The position numbers and the translations under genes are program-made. Shown here in pieces: positions 51,518 to 61,391 of a stretch of 64,000 nt of DNA; the stretch's first letter is position 1, and each line of letters opens with the position of its first letter. This DNA is from an uncultured Bacteroidales bacterium (lineage in GTDB: Bacteria; Bacteroidota; Bacteroidia; Bacteroidales; VadinHA17). The stretch is from positions 768,341 to 832,340 of the forward strand of contig CAVTSB010000002.1 in NCBI GenBank assembly GCA_963737255.1. The letters run 5' to 3'. The notes below the pieces were generated by a model. It was not told the origin of the DNA, did no database searches, and saw nothing but the letters and a program-made list of their open reading frames with translations.

Positions 51518-52678
51518 TTAGTACCTGGTCAGATTGGCTTCAGGCGGCCGTTCAAACCTGACAAATTCTCCATCAATAAGTTCCTGAAAGCCGGCGGTAA
51601 CCACTTTGTCAAATGCTGTCAATCCTTTAAGGATTTCAGCTACCCCGTTGTATGTATTGCCTATTGTGACAGGTTGCTTGAACGCACCGTCGAAGTTGTC
51701 CTTCTTACGGACAACAAAAACGTAGCTGCCATCAAGATCTTTTTGAATAATGTTCATCGGAACCAGGATGGAATTCTCAGAATGATAATCGTTTATCTGT
51801 ACTATAGCAACCATGTTGGCCTTCATTTCGGGGAACTTGTGCGCAATATTGCTTTCTATCATAAAGGTCCGGTTTACCGGATTAATATACCTGCTCACAA
51901 AATCGATCCTTGATTCTATTTCCTTGTTTATGTCAGGGAATAATACTACCAGTTTGTTTCCTTCCTGTACTTGTGCGGCGTAGGCTTCGGATACTTCTGC
52001 ACTGACCTTAAGGCCGGTGAATGCAACAACCCGGTAAGCCGGCGACCGCGGGTCGGGAGAAACAATATTTCCAACCTTGATATTGCATTCTTCAATCGTT
52101 CCGTTGACAGGTGATTTTATCCTGAATTTTTCAATCTGATCCTTCAGTGATGTGATCTGCTGTTCAAGCGATTCCTTTGTTGTTTTTGCCTGGAGGTACT
52201 GAACCTCACTTCCGATTTTTTGTTCCCAAAGGCGTTCCTGCTTGCTGAACATGTCGGAAGCAAAATTATACTGGGTTTCCAGGCTCTCAAGCTGGCTCCG
52301 GATCTGCTGATCGTCAATCTGCGCAAGTACCTGCCCCCTTCTTACGTTCTGTCCGACATCGGCATATTTAAACACGACTGTACCCGGGACTTCGGCAAAT
52401 ACCGATGCATTAAGCTCGCCGTCGAGCTTTCCCTGCACCCTGATGTAATGGTCAAAAGCATCAGTTTTAACACTTGTGATCCCGACAAATTTGAATTTTT
52501 GGGGATCAAGCTGATCATCCTGTGCCGGATCTTCATTACTTTCGAGGCTCTTTATTTTTTCATCCAGAACCGCCTGCTGTTTTTTTAGCTTTGCGAGCTC
52601 GGTCGTGTTGTCGCTACTACATGATATTGCAATGAATGAGACGGCTATACTGACTGTTAGTAATCTTATTGCTTTCAT
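51518..52678 (-). CDS. RND efflux periplasmic adaptor (membrane fusion protein), lipoprotein
   Basis: Lipobox IAISCS, a coiled-coil hairpin (QLESLETQY..LEQQITSLKDQIEKF), and beta-barrel/lipoyl-like segments. Sits between the OMF and RND pump genes. Confidence 0.85.
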   Translation of the reverse strand: MKAIRLLTVSIAVSFIAISCSSDNTTELAKLKKQQAVLDEKIKSLESNEDPAQDDQLDPQKFKFVGITSVKTDAFDHYIRVQGKLDGELNASVFAEVPGTVVFKYADVGQNVRRGQVLAQIDDQQIRSQLESLETQYNFASDMFSKQERLWEQKIGSEVQYLQAKTTKESLEQQITSLKDQIEKFRIKSPVNGTIEECNIKVGNIVSPDPRSPAYRVVAFTGLKVSAEVSEAYAAQVQEGNKLVVLFPDINKEIESRIDFVSRYINPVNRTFMIESNIAHKFPEMKANMVAIVQINDYHSENSILVPMNIIQKDLDGSYVFVVRKKDNFDGAFKQPVTIGNTYNGVAEILKGLTAFDKVVTAGFQELIDGEFVRFERPPEANLTRY

Positions 52679-52728
52679 ACGATTTTAGTTTTCGTTAATA
52701 CAGATTATTTAAATAAACACTTTACCGG

Positions 52729-54102
52729 TTATTTAGTTCTCAGTATCCTGTCGAGTTTTGCCCTGGCGTTCAGTAATGACAAAAGGGAATTGTAGTAATT
52801 TGTTTCTGTTGTCAGGAACTGGTTCTGGTTTTGAGCGAGCTCAAAACTTGAAGAGACTCCTTCGCGGTATTTTATAACGGTTCTGTCGTAGATCTTTTTA
52901 CTCAGCTCCATGCTTTCCCGGTTGACTGTGAAATTACTGTATGCCGTCTGGTAGTTGTTCCTTGCAGTTTCAAACTCCATTGTCAGCCCCTGTTCGGCAT
53001 CAGCCTTGCTTAATCTGACCTTATCAAGGTCAAATCTGGCCTGACTTACTTTAGCCGAGCGCATTCCGCTTGTAAAAATCGGGAAATTCAGGGTTGCCCC
53101 TATGACATCCTTAACAGCGAAATTGAAAGAAGGTTGATTTGTCTGTTCCTGGTGACGGTAAAATGCTGAAATAGAAGGCAGATACCTTGACTTTTCAAGT
53201 TTTACCAGCAATTCGGAGATCTTTTCCTGAGTACTGATCAACTGGTAATCCACACTGTTCTGAATATTAAATTCCGGAGAAGTGAGATACATCAGATTGC
53301 CCTGTTCGATAATACCGGGAAGACTGTCGGTCAGGGTCACCATCCTGTCAAATCCGACACCAAGCTGGTATTTCAACAGTTTTACCGAGATCTCCCTCTG
53401 CTCTTCGAGAGAGGTGATGAGGGTCCGGATATTTGACCTGCTGATGTTCATCTGATCCACGTCGGTTTCCTCATTCAGTCCCTGCTGATTCATCTTTACC
53501 AGTTCATTATAGGTCTGGTCAAGGGCTTTCTGGCTCTCCCTCAGCAATCTTATGTTTTCCTGGATGACAAGTATTGCATAATAAGCCCCTGCCACCGATT
53601 CCTTTGTCAGATCTTCAGTTCTTACAAGGGATTTTTCCGATATCTCCTTTACCACCTTGGTTGTTTTAAGGCCGACAAAATACTGACCGTTGAAAATGAG
53701 CTGGGAAAGTGTGAAGTCGATTGTCGTATTGTCACTTACCCCCAGAGGGATTGAGGGCGAATCCTCAAAGGCGTTTTCAAGATCATTCCCGGTAATCGGT
53801 CCGTCAGGTAAAAGGTCGAAATTCAGAACAGGTCCGAAACTGATTTCCGGAACAACAAACTGGTGAAGGTAATTTGCATCGACGATAATCTGTGGCAGAC
53901 CAATCGCAAGGTTTTCCCATATCTTTTTAACTGCCAGGTCGATGTCAAGCTTTGAAGACTGGACAGTCCTGTTATTCTGAAGTGCATAGACTTGTGCTTC
54001 AGAAATTGACAACTTAAGCTCTTCGCTTTTTTCCTGGCTCGATCCCCGACAGACCAGTCCCGTGAAAAGAAGCAAAAACAAAGATCTTCGAATCAAATTC
54101 AT
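52729..54102 (-). CDS. TolC-family outer-membrane efflux protein
   Basis: 457 aa. Signal peptide and two repeated helical/beta halves typical of OEP proteins. First gene of the efflux operon. Confidence 0.85.
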   Translation of the reverse strand: MNLIRRSLFLLLFTGLVCRGSSQEKSEELKLSISEAQVYALQNNRTVQSSKLDIDLAVKKIWENLAIGLPQIIVDANYLHQFVVPEISFGPVLNFDLLPDGPITGNDLENAFEDSPSIPLGVSDNTTIDFTLSQLIFNGQYFVGLKTTKVVKEISEKSLVRTEDLTKESVAGAYYAILVIQENIRLLRESQKALDQTYNELVKMNQQGLNEETDVDQMNISRSNIRTLITSLEEQREISVKLLKYQLGVGFDRMVTLTDSLPGIIEQGNLMYLTSPEFNIQNSVDYQLISTQEKISELLVKLEKSRYLPSISAFYRHQEQTNQPSFNFAVKDVIGATLNFPIFTSGMRSAKVSQARFDLDKVRLSKADAEQGLTMEFETARNNYQTAYSNFTVNRESMELSKKIYDRTVIKYREGVSSSFELAQNQNQFLTTETNYYNSLLSLLNARAKLDRILRTK

Positions 54103-54321
54103 ACCCGAGTTATTTAGTTTTAATCGTTGTTTTTCTGGAAATCAACTTCCTTAAAAGTGCTAATTTCCTGAGGCCCTGTTGGTTAGTTGTCTGCAGATAA
54201 TAGCATGACAGAAGGCTAATCCTAATAACAAATTTGTTTAACTGTTGTTCGGTTTCCTTAAAAAAATGGAGGGAGGGAAGAAAAAATGATCAACCACGCA
54301 ATCTCCTCAATAAACCCCCAT

Positions 54322-54454
54322 GGGGCTGTTGAATAAGTCAAAATCCTTTAACCGCGAGGGCGCAAAGGAAAGACGCAAAGTTCGCAAAGAGCTGAATTTA
54401 TGTGTCTTAGCTTTGCGTTCTTTGCACTTAAAAAGGATTTTTTCAACAATCCCA
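54322..54454 (+). mobile_element. MITE-like intergenic repeat, copy B (133 bp); same orientation as copy A at 12087..12240
   Basis: ggggctgttgaataagtcaaaatcc...gacgcaaagttcgcaaagagctgaatttatgtgtcttagctttgcgttctttgc...aaaaaggattttttcaacaatccca is shared with copy A. Confidence 0.7.
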
Positions 54455-54544
54455 ATTAGTGGATTGATTTTAAAAGAGGAAATTCCGGGACGTTGATTCC
54501 CGGTAAACGGGTCAGGAAGTCAATTTTTAAATTTTTTTGACCGT

Positions 54545-55708
54545 CTAGTACTTCTTCAGCAGGTCCAGCAGTTTGCTGTCGAGCTTATGTCCGTACCAGT
54601 CGGTGTATTCTATATCAGCACGGCGTGAATCGAGGATACCGAAATCGCCCCTGAAGTTCCAGAGTGCATACCCGATACCGTTACTTGTAAGGATATCAAT
54701 GACATCACCGAACCAGGCGAGAAAAACATTATGCGGAGTCTTGTTATAACAGCCGCACTCCCCGCAATGAACACCTACACCCTGGTCTTTCAGGGCAATC
54801 CATGGCTTATAGAATTCTTCAAGCTGTTCCCGCCCATACTGTTTTCCATCGATGATACCCGGCCAGACGGGGGTCGGAGCCTGCGAAGGATCTTTCCAGA
54901 CCCATGAGGCCTGGTAATGAGAGACTAATCCCGGATAATAACCACGGCAGCTTTGGGCAATGTTCATATCTGCCAGTTCAGGGATCACGCTGTTCCCTCC
55001 GCTGTTGCCGTCAGCTACTACCAACCGGTCCGGATTGACTGACCAGATTGCATTCGATGCACCTACAGCAACCTTCCGGTATATATCGCCGGGAACTGGA
55101 CCTTTTTGCGCGTACTGGTCATTCATATCCTCGATATACGCGGGTTCGTTGAGCAGGTCGAAGCTGAGCTTGTCGGGGGGAATATTCTTATACCGCTCAG
55201 CCCACATTTTCCAGTGGGAATTGAAAGCGTCCTGGGCCTCCTTGTCTTTCCACAGATTGAAAGGTTCATGGAATCCTGCGTTGATGCAATATCCAGGACC
55301 CCTGTGAAGGTTGAGGCTGACATGCAGGTGGAATTTATGGGCCATAAAGATCAACTGGTCAATTTCTTCCAGAACCTTAGGATTAAAATTACACACTTCA
55401 TCTTTCGGGAGATCCTTTGTCCTGTCGAATGACAGGTACCTCGGGTATGCCATCGGGATCCTTACAAAATCGAATCCCCAGTCAGTCATCCATTTAAGAT
55501 CCTCTTCGGTGGTCCTGGCTGAATTTTGATTCCCAGGAGGAGTGGGGGAGAAAATGTCCAGAAGGTTAAATCCCTTCCAGCGGGGAAGTTTATTTTTTAC
55601 AGCCGGTGTATTCACCGGAAAGGCGCTGCCCGGAGTCAGTGTCACCGCTGCTGCAGCTAATGCTGAGTTCCTGAGGAATGCCCTGCGATTGATATTCTTC
55701 TGGTTCAT
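54545..55708 (-). CDS. Glycoside hydrolase family 5 (cellulase/mannanase-type), Tat-exported
   Basis: Twin-arginine signal NRRAFLRNSALAAAAVTL. FDFVRIPM, FDLLNEP (acid/base Glu), VHCGECG (nucleophile Glu). Confidence 0.8.
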   Translation of the reverse strand: MNQKNINRRAFLRNSALAAAAVTLTPGSAFPVNTPAVKNKLPRWKGFNLLDIFSPTPPGNQNSARTTEEDLKWMTDWGFDFVRIPMAYPRYLSFDRTKDLPKDEVCNFNPKVLEEIDQLIFMAHKFHLHVSLNLHRGPGYCINAGFHEPFNLWKDKEAQDAFNSHWKMWAERYKNIPPDKLSFDLLNEPAYIEDMNDQYAQKGPVPGDIYRKVAVGASNAIWSVNPDRLVVADGNSGGNSVIPELADMNIAQSCRGYYPGLVSHYQASWVWKDPSQAPTPVWPGIIDGKQYGREQLEEFYKPWIALKDQGVGVHCGECGCYNKTPHNVFLAWFGDVIDILTSNGIGYALWNFRGDFGILDSRRADIEYTDWYGHKLDSKLLDLLKKY

Positions 55709-55757
55709 GACTTTTATTATTTATGATAAAGTTAAGAATTTAAATTCAATAGAAGCA

Positions 55758-55801
55758 GTCCCTCAGTCTCTTAGTCCGTTCGTCTCTTCGTCCCTTCGTC
55801 T
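55758..55801 (-). repeat. Tandem octamer array (coding-strand GAAGrGAC-like, 5.5 units) abutting the stop codon of the GH106-like gene
   Basis: Plus strand: gtccctca gtctctta gtccgttc gtctcttc gtcccttc gtct. Confidence 0.75.
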
Positions 55802-58666
55802 CTATTTAACTACCCTGACCGGAGTTATACTTACCGGCCCCAGCAGGCCTGATTCCCTTGGAAGCCACGCCGATGCGTCAAAAATGCCATTTTTTGCGTT
55901 CTCTTTCAATCTTGCCGCAAAGTTGATATTGTAAAACTTCTTCCATTGCACATTATTTCTGTCGAGCCAGGCTATCCGGTTGGCCATCAGGTTCGAAACC
56001 CTGATCTCAAGGATGTTTTCCGGCTTAAATTGTTTCTTGTCAATTGTAACCTGAAACCCGGGACCAATCAGCAGGGCTATCTCCTTCCCGTTAAGGAACA
56101 CCCTTGCACTCTCACAGACCCTGCCAAGATCGAGGATCCATGCCTCGGCTTTGTCTGACGGTCTCCGGAAATTTATCGCATACCTGGCTGTTCCTGAGAA
56201 GTTTCTGACATCTTCTCCTCCGAATTCGGTCCACGAAACAAGTCTGGTTACCTCCTTTGAAGCTGGTAACGCAGGACCTCCTTCAGTAAAATCGATCTTC
56301 CAGTTGCCTTTAATTTCAACGGATGGCGAAACAGGATTATAGAACGTGTATAGCGAGCCTTTAACTGCTGAACCATAAGTATTTAAGATAATTGATTCAC
56401 CTGGATTAAGCCTGATATATGATTCAAACTGACCACTCGCGGTAATACGGCTTTTTGCAACACCCGAAATTCCTGATTGCGGATTGAATATCCCGGCCGA
56501 GGAGGCAGCAACTGTTAACGGAAGCCAGCCTTCAAAAGCTTTGTCTTCATTGTTAAGAATAAAATATGTGTAACCTGACGGATTAAAACGCCTGACAAAC
56601 TTCAACCCGCTGTCGGTCATGGTCTCACGTTTTATACCGGTAAAGCTCAGGAGTTCATCCAGATCATTACCGAGTACTATCGAACCATTTCCGAATGTTG
56701 CTTTCATTACATCAGGATTATTTGTACCAGAAAATGTAATTCCGGCCTTAAGTCTTTCAAACACACTCTGCTTTTCTTCAAAATCGGCCAGGCCTGCAAC
56801 ACTCGCGGGCAGGTCGCCAAGAACAACTATCCTGGCTCCCTCATTTGCCAGGCTTAGAATCTGTGTAAATGTCTCGATGGGGATATATTTGCATCCCGGA
56901 AGAACCAGGGTCCTGTAGCTGTTTCCTTCGGTCTCAAGGTGATCTGCGTAAAATTCAGTGTTTGTAAGTTGAAGATCGGAGATATAATCAAAAGAGTAAC
57001 CTTTTTCAATCATGGTTTCGATGGCGGTTTTGAAAGGCGAACCGTCGAATGCAGGGCTTACCGCATCAAAATGCTCAAGCATTCCCCTGCCCTGGCCGGC
57101 ATAACGGTCGAAGATCGGAAAATAGATAAGGATGTCATTGTCAGCCATTCCTTGCTGGAGGAATGACTGGATACGGGTGATGTATTTATTCAGTCCCTCA
57201 AGATCGTTCCAGAAACTGTTTGCCGGAGTAAATTCAACAGATGCATAGAAAAGGTATCCCGGCCATGGTTCATTTTGAGGGGAATAACATGTTCCATGGT
57301 AAAAAACATGATTTATGCCGGCGAGGAAGAAAAGATCAACGGCCTTTTTCACATCGGCAAGCGATGAAGTGAAGTGCTCGCCAAGCCAGGTTGCAGCCTC
57401 GCATGAGGTAAAAGGCTTTCCGGTCACGTTAGCCGCAGATGATGCAAATTTAAGCCGTGTTATTTCATTTCCTTCCGTTTCGGGAATATCGGAGGCAGCA
57501 TACAGGTCAAGGATATTTCCGGGCGAACCGTGAGCCTGATTCCTTGTTATTTTCCCATGTTTATGAGCCCATCCGGTCCAGCTTGCGGTAAACTTTTCAA
57601 GAATAAGATCTGAAATAGTCAGCCGGTAATCTGACAGTACGCGTGCATTTATTTCGGGATCGTCTTTCTGAAACAAGGCCGGAAGATAACCCGAGAGATC
57701 ATATCCCCGCCGGATATAGAATTCGAAAAACAGGTTGTCTGTCCAGTCTGCCTGGCCCGATGCATCATCGACCTCATATGAATCATTGAAATAACCACGC
57801 AGTGTCTCCAGATCATAATCTTTGAAAATAGTGTCAAAGTGCCTGAGGTAGTTATTTATCGCTTTCCCGGAGAAATGGTCAATAACGTCCCCTTCCCCCC
57901 CTGGTCCCGCACGCTCCGCCTGTTTTCCGTGCCAGCCCTGAAACAACGCGTAGAGGGTCCAGTTGCCCGGTGGGGCTTTCCACTCAAGCATTCTTTCAGG
58001 TGTCACATACCGGGTGATGTCGGCTATCCGGCCTGAGTCGGAATAGGCCATAAGTGAATAAAGCGGGAGGAGTTTTTCAAACCGTATCTGGTCAAGGGCA
58101 TACAACTGAAGATCTTTATTTTTACCTATCGGTTCAATCAATCTGGCGATATCAGGCCTCTGGCCGACCGGCCTCACAAGCGGCTGTTGAATGAACTCGA
58201 TCTTTTCACGATGCGTCTCTCCACCCCTGAGATTAAATACTTTATAGTTAATGTTCTTACAGGCATCTGACTGATCGACCCATGGTCCCCCAAAAGGCCA
58301 GCCTGATGCATTTGCCAGGTCAACTCCAAGGTCAAGGCGTTCCGCTTCTGCAAGAGTGTGGGTGAACATTTTCATCCATTCCGGCGAAAGGTAGTTGATG
58401 AACTTATCTTCCTGTCCCTTAACACCATAGATGACGGCTATTTCCATTCCTCCAAGGCCGGCTTTGCTGTATTTTTCCAGAGCCGCCGTAAGACCTGCAC
58501 GATTTACAATGCTGCCCGGCCACCACCATCGCGTCCAGGGTTTGTTCATGCGGGTCGTTTCCGGCCAGGAGAGCTGTTGGGCGACCAGGGTTTGACCAAA
58601 AAGCAGGAAGACAATCAAAAGTCTGTTAATCATTGTAGAAATAGTAGTTATCTGTATTTTTCCCAA
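55802..58666 (-). CDS. GH106-like glycoside hydrolase (alpha-L-rhamnosidase family); the likely true start is the Met at 58633
   Basis: MINRLLIVFLLFGQTLVAQ signal peptide from the internal Met. KPWTRWWWPGSIVNRAGLTAALEKYSKAGLGGMEI is the conserved N-terminal block I associate with GH106. About 950 aa. Confidence 0.65.
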   Translation of the reverse strand: MGKIQITTISTMINRLLIVFLLFGQTLVAQQLSWPETTRMNKPWTRWWWPGSIVNRAGLTAALEKYSKAGLGGMEIAVIYGVKGQEDKFINYLSPEWMKMFTHTLAEAERLDLGVDLANASGWPFGGPWVDQSDACKNINYKVFNLRGGETHREKIEFIQQPLVRPVGQRPDIARLIEPIGKNKDLQLYALDQIRFEKLLPLYSLMAYSDSGRIADITRYVTPERMLEWKAPPGNWTLYALFQGWHGKQAERAGPGGEGDVIDHFSGKAINNYLRHFDTIFKDYDLETLRGYFNDSYEVDDASGQADWTDNLFFEFYIRRGYDLSGYLPALFQKDDPEINARVLSDYRLTISDLILEKFTASWTGWAHKHGKITRNQAHGSPGNILDLYAASDIPETEGNEITRLKFASSAANVTGKPFTSCEAATWLGEHFTSSLADVKKAVDLFFLAGINHVFYHGTCYSPQNEPWPGYLFYASVEFTPANSFWNDLEGLNKYITRIQSFLQQGMADNDILIYFPIFDRYAGQGRGMLEHFDAVSPAFDGSPFKTAIETMIEKGYSFDYISDLQLTNTEFYADHLETEGNSYRTLVLPGCKYIPIETFTQILSLANEGARIVVLGDLPASVAGLADFEEKQSVFERLKAGITFSGTNNPDVMKATFGNGSIVLGNDLDELLSFTGIKRETMTDSGLKFVRRFNPSGYTYFILNNEDKAFEGWLPLTVAASSAGIFNPQSGISGVAKSRITASGQFESYIRLNPGESIILNTYGSAVKGSLYTFYNPVSPSVEIKGNWKIDFTEGGPALPASKEVTRLVSWTEFGGEDVRNFSGTARYAINFRRPSDKAEAWILDLGRVCESARVFLNGKEIALLIGPGFQVTIDKKQFKPENILEIRVSNLMANRIAWLDRNNVQWKKFYNINFAARLKENAKNGIFDASAWLPRESGLLGPVSITPVRVVK

Positions 58667-60024
58667 TCAGTTCCCAATTTATATAACATCACCGCCGAGT
58701 CGTTTATAACAATCTGATAGTTCCTGATCAGAGTCAGCATTTCTGCGCCCGCCAGCATTACCGGTCCGTAGCCGTGAGCTGCAGCAACATTTACAGGCCT
58801 GTGGTAGTAGAATGCCGGATCAAATGCCATACCTGTCCCGACACATGTCCCTTCCACCTGTCCGGTTGCATTAACCCTTGACTGCACTGCATTCCACCCG
58901 AGTACGGCAGCCGGTCCGTAAGCCTGCGGGGCAAGCCAGCCCTTGTTTATCCCGTGGGCTATGCAATATGTAAAAATAGCGCTGGCTGATGTTTCAAGGT
59001 AGGAATCGTTCCTGTCGAGAAGCTGGTGCCATAATCCCGAACCCGACTGAAAGGGAACAATTCCTTTGATATGAGCATTGTATCTGTTAAGGATCTTATT
59101 TCTGTCGGGATGACCGGAGGGCAGGACATCCAGCAATTCTGACATTGCAAGAATAGCCCATCCATTGCACCGTGCCCAGTAAAACTCAGGATGAGGTTCC
59201 ATCCCCTGAATCCAGCCATGCATATAGAGCCCTTTCTCCTCGTTGAACATATGCTGTGAAAACTGCAATATCTGTTTGCAGGCATCGTCATAATATTTTT
59301 TATCCCCCTGTAGTTTTCCCATTTGCGCCAGGGCTGGAACACTCATATAGAGGTCATCAAGCCAAAGTGCGTCAGGAAGCGGCCGGTTCCTGGCAAGTGT
59401 GCCGTCAGACAGCCTTTGTTGTTTGGAGGAAATATAGTCAGTATAGTTTTCAATAAGTGGAAGAAGTGTTTCATCCTTACTGATATTATAGGTCTTTATC
59501 ATTGCGGCACACATCGATCCGGCATCATCAAGCGCCCGGGGATCGAGGACAGATCTGACGGGGGTTGCATCCGGGCTGCTGCCGCTGGTATTTTTGAAAT
59601 ATTGCGAAACCGAACCAATAAGGTTCATCCGTTTAAGGGTGTATTTATTGAATTCAGGATCTCCGGTTGCTTCCCCTGCACTGAGCATTGCCCCGTACAC
59701 AACACCCCACTCATAGCTGATCAGTCTGAATACTCCGGGTTCGAAAACTGCATCAGCTGAAAGCTTTGAATTGTCGTTTATTACCGCCTTTGTTTTCCTG
59801 TCGATCATTTTTGCAGGCGTTGAGGCATCGAGATAATTAAGGACACGCTTCAGAACAGCTGTAATTTCTTCAGCTGTCCGGGGGCCGTATGGAACGGGAT
59901 ATTCAGGCTGTAGAGCATGAAGGGCAGTATTGGAATCAGTTATTTTCGATGCAGCCGTCTGTGGCAGCATGGGAAGTGCATGGAGGAATATGATAAGCGA
60001 TGCGAGGAACACTGATTTTCTCAT
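58648..60024 (-). CDS. GH88/GH105-family unsaturated glucuronyl/rhamnogalacturonyl hydrolase
   Basis: Signal peptide. LWLDDLYMSVPALAQMG, GLYMHGW, WARCNGWAILAMSELLDVLP, GLWHQLLD, YLETSASAIFTYCIAHGINKGW. Confidence 0.8.
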   Translation of the reverse strand: MRKSVFLASLIIFLHALPMLPQTAASKITDSNTALHALQPEYPVPYGPRTAEEITAVLKRVLNYLDASTPAKMIDRKTKAVINDNSKLSADAVFEPGVFRLISYEWGVVYGAMLSAGEATGDPEFNKYTLKRMNLIGSVSQYFKNTSGSSPDATPVRSVLDPRALDDAGSMCAAMIKTYNISKDETLLPLIENYTDYISSKQQRLSDGTLARNRPLPDALWLDDLYMSVPALAQMGKLQGDKKYYDDACKQILQFSQHMFNEEKGLYMHGWIQGMEPHPEFYWARCNGWAILAMSELLDVLPSGHPDRNKILNRYNAHIKGIVPFQSGSGLWHQLLDRNDSYLETSASAIFTYCIAHGINKGWLAPQAYGPAAVLGWNAVQSRVNATGQVEGTCVGTGMAFDPAFYYHRPVNVAAAHGYGPVMLAGAEMLTLIRNYQIVINDSAVMLYKLGTDWEKYR

Positions 60025-60078
60025 AGGACAGATTTTAATGATGAAGTGGTATGGTCCGGCTTACGGTTCTGAGTGATT

Positions 60079-61200
60079 TTAAACTTTCAAAAATATTTTC
60101 TTCCTGTAGAGAAAATATAGAAATACCCATCCTACTGCTGTTATTGCAATCCCTCCCAGGAATGTGGCCCATGTTTCGGGGAAGAGATCAATAAATCCTC
60201 CGAAGAAGAAATTTGAAGCGGATTTAAAGTTTATAATTCTCTCAGCAAGGTAAATGGTAATCGGATTCACCCCGATAACCACAAAAAAGAAGGCCCATTT
60301 CCTGTATTTCCAGACGTCAATGACCAGGTAGAAGACCGAAAAAAGGAGCAGGCTCAGTCCGCCGACAAAACACACAAATGAACTTGTCCAGAGATTCTTG
60401 TTGATCGGGAAAGTGAGGTCCCAGATCTTTCCAAGGATCATCAGGGCAAACGCGGCAATGACCATACACAGGACTTTTAGCAATTGCTTGTCATTCAGGT
60501 ATTTTGACAGTAGGAATTCGCCGGTGAACATACCCAGCAAAGCTGTTGAGATTGCCGGGACCGTGCTGAAAATGCCCTCCGGGTCATGAACCCCGCGATA
60601 CAGTTTACCCGGCATGATCAGCCTGTCGATATAGCTTGCAAGGTTCCCTGTCTGTGAAAACGGATCAGTTGAGCCAAGGTCACGTGCAGGAAAGAGGAGT
60701 AGGAGAACCCAGTATCCGATTAATATCACCCAGAACCACACTACCCTTGAGATCAGTTTTGTATTCATGAATATAAGTGCAGCAAACATCCACGCCAGGC
60801 CAATACGGCCTAGTACGCTTCCATAGCGTAATTCACCGAAATCAAACCTGATACCATTATTATATATTATTCCAAGGATAACCAGGATCACACCGCGAAA
60901 AATGACATGTTTATAGATTGATGTCCGGCTCACGTTCATCGATTGGCGTTTTGCCATCGAAAAAGGGAAGGATATCCCCGCAATAAACAGGAAAAGCGGG
61001 AAGATCATGTCATAAAAATGGAATCCGTGCCATTGCACATGCTCTAGCTGTTCGGCCCACCACACAAGCACCGGCCATCCGGTAAGGGTTGCAAGGCCTG
61101 CAAAGATGGCTTCGCCTCCCATTATCCAGAACATGTCAAAACCACGCAATGCATCAAGTGAGTAAAGCCGTGCAGGTGAAGGATTTTTTCCGTTTTCCAT
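60079..61200 (-). CDS. DUF5009 / heparan-alpha-glucosaminide N-acetyltransferase-like membrane acyltransferase
   Basis: RLYSLDALRGFDMFWIMGGE, then about 10 TM helices. 373 aa. Confidence 0.7.
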   Translation of the reverse strand: MENGKNPSPARLYSLDALRGFDMFWIMGGEAIFAGLATLTGWPVLVWWAEQLEHVQWHGFHFYDMIFPLFLFIAGISFPFSMAKRQSMNVSRTSIYKHVIFRGVILVILGIIYNNGIRFDFGELRYGSVLGRIGLAWMFAALIFMNTKLISRVVWFWVILIGYWVLLLLFPARDLGSTDPFSQTGNLASYIDRLIMPGKLYRGVHDPEGIFSTVPAISTALLGMFTGEFLLSKYLNDKQLLKVLCMVIAAFALMILGKIWDLTFPINKNLWTSSFVCFVGGLSLLLFSVFYLVIDVWKYRKWAFFFVVIGVNPITIYLAERIINFKSASNFFFGGFIDLFPETWATFLGGIAITAVGWVFLYFLYRKKIFLKV

Positions 61201-61391
61201 TAAGGGTTTGTGGTTAGTTTCAATTCAAAGATATAAAAATGGGAGCTTCATTAAAATTATGACCCGGATTTTTGTTTTACGGCCTGGAGCGCTGCTGTAA
61301 ATTGTCCTGGAATATTATACTCGTTTTATTTTTTTATATTAGCCGTAGAATTTTCTTTTAATCCAGGGTATTTTTCTGATTAAAGCATAAC

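Noticed and set aside
58634-58666. 19-nt overlap between the GH106-like gene start and the end of the upstream GH88/105 gene
   Set aside because: It is probably an artefact of taking the longest ORF. The internal Met at 58633 begins a proper signal peptide and removes the overlap.
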